64,000 bases of DNA from Amoebidium appalachense (Eukaryota; Protista; Ichthyosporea), in assembly GCA_963693365.1 (NCBI GenBank), contig CAVNZM010000008.1, forward strand, positions 3,129,572 to 3,193,571, given 5' to 3'. Positions 51,862 to 64,000 of this stretch are shown one piece after another. The notes beneath the pieces were generated by a model. It saw nothing but the letters and a program-made list of their open reading frames with translations, was not told the origin of the DNA and did no database searches. Each line of letters opens with the position of its first letter. The stretch's first letter is position 1. The translations under genes were made by a program, and so were the position numbers.

Positions 51862-52636
51862 CTTCCTTTCTATTTATTCTGCCCGCAGCCTCCCAGAGAT
51901 TTGGGACAATACTCCAAAAGATAAGGGAATGCTTTTATTTGAGAAAGAATAAACATCATCCCCCCCCCCCCCCCCCTCCAAAAAAAAAAAAAAAAAAAAA
52001 AGGCAGAACACCCCTCTGTCCTCTTCCTTTGATGTCTCCATCAGTTCACTTCCTTTATACACAATTTGCTGCGGAGACAGACTGAATCGATACCTCGTGC
52101 CTACGTGCACACACACCGAAACATCTTACTGGCTGCGCAAGGAAACACCAGAAAGCGGCCCAAGCGCATACACACCAAAATGGAGTAAAGACTAAGAGCA
52201 CGCTGTGAACTAAGAAACAGGGCAGGGTGTGCGTGCGAGCAGGCTAGTAAGAACATGCATTACAAAACTTCAAAACAGGGCATAAATGAGTCGAAGCATG
52301 AATAGGGAACCTAAGACATGAGTCGAGACATGAATAGGGAACCTAAGCCAATACGCCAGCATCATTTTGCTGCTGCTCCCGGCAGCCTCCACCCCCCCCC
52401 CCCCCCCCCCCCCCCCCCCCACCACCTTTCCCTCCCTCCCTCCCTTATGAACCACTCCTGATCCCCCTCCCTACTCCTGATTCCTGACACCAAACCAACT
52501 CCTTACAACCCTTTCCTTCTCATCCAGCAAAAACGAACAGTGGCCTACCCACCTGAAACAGCGGGTGAAAAGGGTCGTAGGAGCGCTTCTGCCTGACATA
52601 ACGCCACGGCAGAGGTTCCCGCTTGCTTGCAGTCAT
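46014..52636 (-). CDS. ZNF511: ZNF511-like C2H2 zinc-finger protein. Exons 52636-52553, 50578-50510, about 49845-49774, 48964-48844, 47836-47715, 47318-47197, 46477-46014
   Basis: HPLFQ|[18 protein letters not shown].....YEAHYE-S|LHRHVCSQC...[19 protein letters not shown]|[12 protein letters not shown].....[11 protein letters not shown], and C-terminal [11 protein letters not shown] are characteristic of the family. Confidence 0.88.
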
Positions 52637-52903
52637 GTTCGTCTCCATTTATTTCCACCCCTCCCTCGTTTTTTCCTGCGCAGGCTATGTACTGAGGGAT
52701 TTGAAATTTTCGCGCCAAAAGTGCATTTTGCGTAAAAAACCTTAATTTGCGCAAACGTAATGCTGTACATACATGCACGGACAGATGGGCAGTCTAGCAG
52801 AGCTATATGTAGATATCATAGGACAAGAGAAACACGAACAGCTTAGTCTCGACTTCAGAGGAAAAGATACGTTAACGGTGTTCGAGCAAAACCGAAGGAA
52901 AAA
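52637..52903. promoter_or_regulatory. Bidirectional promoter with CHR-like TTTGAA (52700-52705) and E2F site TTTCGCGCCAAA (52708-52719)
   Basis: Divergent ATGs at 52636 (-) and 52904 (+); both motifs are read directly from the sequence. Confidence 0.65.
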
Positions 52904-60724
<7,821 letters not shown>

Positions 60725-61033
60725 CTGCAGCATGGGTTATGTGCTGTCGTATTTTTTTTGTATTACTGCAAGAGACTGTATAGCCGCAGTTGGGAAACTT
60801 AGTGTTGGCTAAACAACGAAGGTTGTGCACGTAGCAGTGCTGTTGGTACGAAACATTGCTAGTTCACTTATAATTATGTATTGGTCGTATGATTTGGAGT
60901 GATGCAATTTCTGAAACCGTGTACGTACGTGTGTATGTTGTGCCCCAGGTGGGCTGGAGATGGCCATCAATAACAAACAGACGTAGCGGGCCATACTGAC
61001 CAACAAAAAACGATTACCATCTCCTCCTCCTCT

Positions 61034-61099
<66 letters not shown>

Positions 61100-61707
61100 A
61101 CAACCACCACCCGGTCTCCGGAGCTCGAAGCTCGTCAGCATACACAGAAAGGTTGCCCATCACAACACTACCCACGATTCCAAGCTGTGTGATAAAAATA
61201 CAGTTTCCTTCATGTGGGGTAATCAATACCCCGGCTACATTAACTTGCAGCTATGCTCACAGCTGGTTAGAGCCTCGTTAATGAACGTTCACTCTCGTAT
61301 CACATTCTTAAGTGGTGCAGGTGGGGTAATATTGGTCGAAGATTGTGTACTGCAGAGTACAAATGATGCTACCTTTTGCTAACGAAGTAAAAACTATTAC
61401 TCGACGCAACCGGTGCATGCATCCTTCATAGCACAACGAACCGCCACGTCTCTATATAGCTACATTAGTTTCACGTTGTTTCTCCCTCCCTCACCACCAC
61501 CACCATCACCTTCACGAGCACTTTAAGGAAAAAAAGAAAGAAGAAAACTACGCCACGGGTTGGAAGAAAAAGATTAACCAAGTGTACTTCCGAGCATGTT
61601 GTAGTGTGCCGCGAGCACAGATTACTGACTAACTTAAAGGCTGAAAATACATTAATAGCTGCACCAACACCAGACGCATATGCACCTTCCTTGCCTACAG
61701 CTGAGTT

Positions 61708-62286
61708 TCACAGATTATTCAAGTCCCAAGCAACCACCAACCAGTCGTCAGCATCATCCTTGTACTCGTGAATAATTCTGTAGCCAGCTCTCTCGTGCAC
61801 TTTTAAAGAGCGCACGTTTCTCCTGGCTACTTCCGTAACGCTCAAACCATACTTTCCATGCAGATGTTTCCCGTGTACTTTGAAGAGCTCATCCACCAAC
61901 CCACACCCCCGGTGTGACTGCGCGACACACAGCTGACCCATGACGATGTAACCTACCTGCTTTAACGTTTCCCCTCCAACTTCCAATTTATCAAGCAAGT
62001 CAAACATGGTGAAAAGTACCGGAATGTCGCTCCTGAAACTCTCTCGCATACTCAAGCAGTACCCCACCACATCATCGTTCTCATCCACACCAATCACGTG
62101 TGCTTCTGCATCATGCATTCGTTTCAGCAGCTCGAAATTATGCTCCACCGTAACGAATCCTTGCGTTTGTGCCGTGTTTGGAGTCAGGTTTTTCCTGTGG
62201 TTTTTCTGCTGCAGCGCCAATATACCGTGTAGATCCTTGTTTGAGGATGCAAGGCGGACAGTATACTTCGGGACGGAATGAGGCAT
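61708..62286 (-). CDS. GNAT-family N-acetyltransferase, intronless, bacterial-type (192 aa)
   Basis: Acetyl-CoA motif GQLCVAQSHRGCGL and NVRSLKVHERAGY. The GILALQQKN...QGFVTVEH N-terminus and TEVA..N.RS..H recall a Bacteroidetes GNAT subfamily (from recall, not searched). Confidence 0.9.
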   Translation of the reverse strand: MPHSVPKYTVRLASSNKDLHGILALQQKNHRKNLTPNTAQTQGFVTVEHNFELLKRMHDAEAHVIGVDENDDVVGYCLSMRESFRSDIPVLFTMFDLLDKLEVGGETLKQVGYIVMGQLCVAQSHRGCGLVDELFKVHGKHLHGKYGLSVTEVARRNVRSLKVHERAGYRIIHEYKDDADDWLVVAWDLNNL

Positions 62287-64000
62287 CTTGACGGAGAGAA
62301 GTTAGGCCGATAAAGAGTGGTCTTATGGCGTACCAGTGCGTTACAGTTTGTGCGTAACTATGCTCGTGTGTTACTACATATGGAAGCAAAAGAGAGCGTG
62401 TTGTTGTTCAGCGCAACCGCACAAGGATACGTCTACTGGTCCCGCAGTGAATGCCGTCTGCACGGTTAAACGTTTTGAATTAACTTTTGTGGCCGCTTTG
62501 TGGCAAGGCCTCATTATCTATCCGGATAGGAGGCCTTGCTTTGTGGCCGACAACATGGTGAGTTTCTAGCCAATGATATTCGTGTACTCTCGTAAGGCTA
62601 CACAGGCCGCTGACACTGGTTGCAAGTTGCCGCCGAACTTGGGTCTCAGTGACGAGCTACCTTTGAGGGGTCGGGTCTGAACAAAACAGGGCAACTGTTT
62701 TGGGCACAAACTATCAGTAATATAAAAAACGAGTAGATGTATAGAATAATTAGAAAAGCCCTTTTGTATTGCTGTAGCTAGCGCAGTCAACCGATCGTGC
62801 ACTCACCATGGGCATGGTCATGGGCAACCCGTCAAAGCTGTCGACACACTTCACAACAGACCATGCTAATACAATTAATTATATGTAGTGGCGTATTCGG
62901 TCACCTGGCAGTTTAAAACCACATAAGCATCAATGAATCTGCTAATTAGAAGCAACTCCATAGTATTATGCTATTGGCAAAGCCCCACAGCGCTGAAACA
63001 TGTCACATGCCAATTGCGTGCTATGCCTTTGGAGCCAGAAGGTGTAAGTCAGGAACGTTCATGCACAAAAGCAATATCACATGTGCATATTTGCTGACAT
63101 GTAAGAAACGTCCAGCGTTTATTTTTACAATGTTGTGGCACAGCAGTGCTCTATGCATGTCTATGATTCCCCTACAGATCTAATATTAGATACAGTATAA
63201 AAACAGCACTACCTCAGGTCTAAATATGGCATCTTGTTATGAGAATGTTGCATTTATAGTTATAAGGAGACATTGGTTATAGAATAGGTAGGGAGTTTGT
63301 GATGCTATAATATTGAGATAACAACAAGACCAAACCGCTTACAGTACTATTATAATCGAGACAACAAAATCGACTATAAAAAAAAAACGTTATGAACCAA
63401 ACCTTTTTCATTCGTCGAGGCCTAGAAGAATGTGTCAGAGCAGTTTCTAGGTTGTGATCATCACACACACATGCATTCATACACAAATAAAACGGGCAAA
63501 CCCTAACAACCTTACGGCATGGAATCTAATAATTAGTAAATCTCAATCCTAATAAGTCCTTACCTTAGCTAGGAAATAGTGAATTTCGTCCTAACAAGTC
63601 CTTACCTTAGATAAAAAGCACTAAATATCATGCTAAGTAAGTTTTTCACATTCAAGCTACTCTACACACCACAGCCACTCTGTTGGAGTATCGGAAGGGA
63701 GTGGTACAAATGCAAGTGCTTTCCAAGCCGATTAAAACTAGATAAATACTGGAAACCTGTGTGCATTCATGGTGTTGTCTGTGTGTGTGCTGTTTATGTA
63801 TGTGCTTGAGTTATTAATTTCTATATATGGTCCGTGCCTGCAAAAAGTTAAATCATGAACGTGTCGCCTTCCTGCCTTTGATTGCGTGTGTGCGTGTGTG
63901 CGTGTGTGCCTCCCTGTGTGCATATGTGCATGTGATGGTGTGTGTGTGTGTGTGTGTGTGTATGTACGTGTATGTGTGTGTGTGTGTGTGTACACGTGTG

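Overview
Eukaryotic nuclear DNA with spliceosomal introns. Introns and intergenic DNA are packed with (CA/GT)n, (GA/CT)n and poly-C/G tracts, so almost all ORFs in the supplied track are microsatellite noise. The gene set looks opisthokont, possibly a unicellular holozoan (inference only). Gene models built by hand from phase-compatible splice sites: a GT2-like glycosyltransferase (-, running off the left edge); a spliced OTU-protease/TCR-CXC/Myb-like/Zn-finger gene with a decayed, possibly transposase-like 5' part (-); an intronless orphan 7-8 TM protein (-); pyridoxal kinase (+, 7 exons, GC-AG first intron, mitochondrial-type presequence); a C2H2 zinc-finger pseudogene (+); a class-V PLP-fold protein lacking its catalytic Lys and Cys (-); a frameshifted secreted Cys-rich two-repeat gene (-); ZNF511-like (-) and FNBP4-like (+) genes head-to-head on a 267-bp promoter with CHR and E2F motifs; and an intronless bacterial-type GNAT (-). 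Non-coding highlights are a dispersed poly-C-tailed repeat whose copies covary across several helices and a pseudoknot, splice acceptors using (CA)n instead of a pyrimidine tract, tandemly amplified splice-site units, and two further dispersed repeat families.
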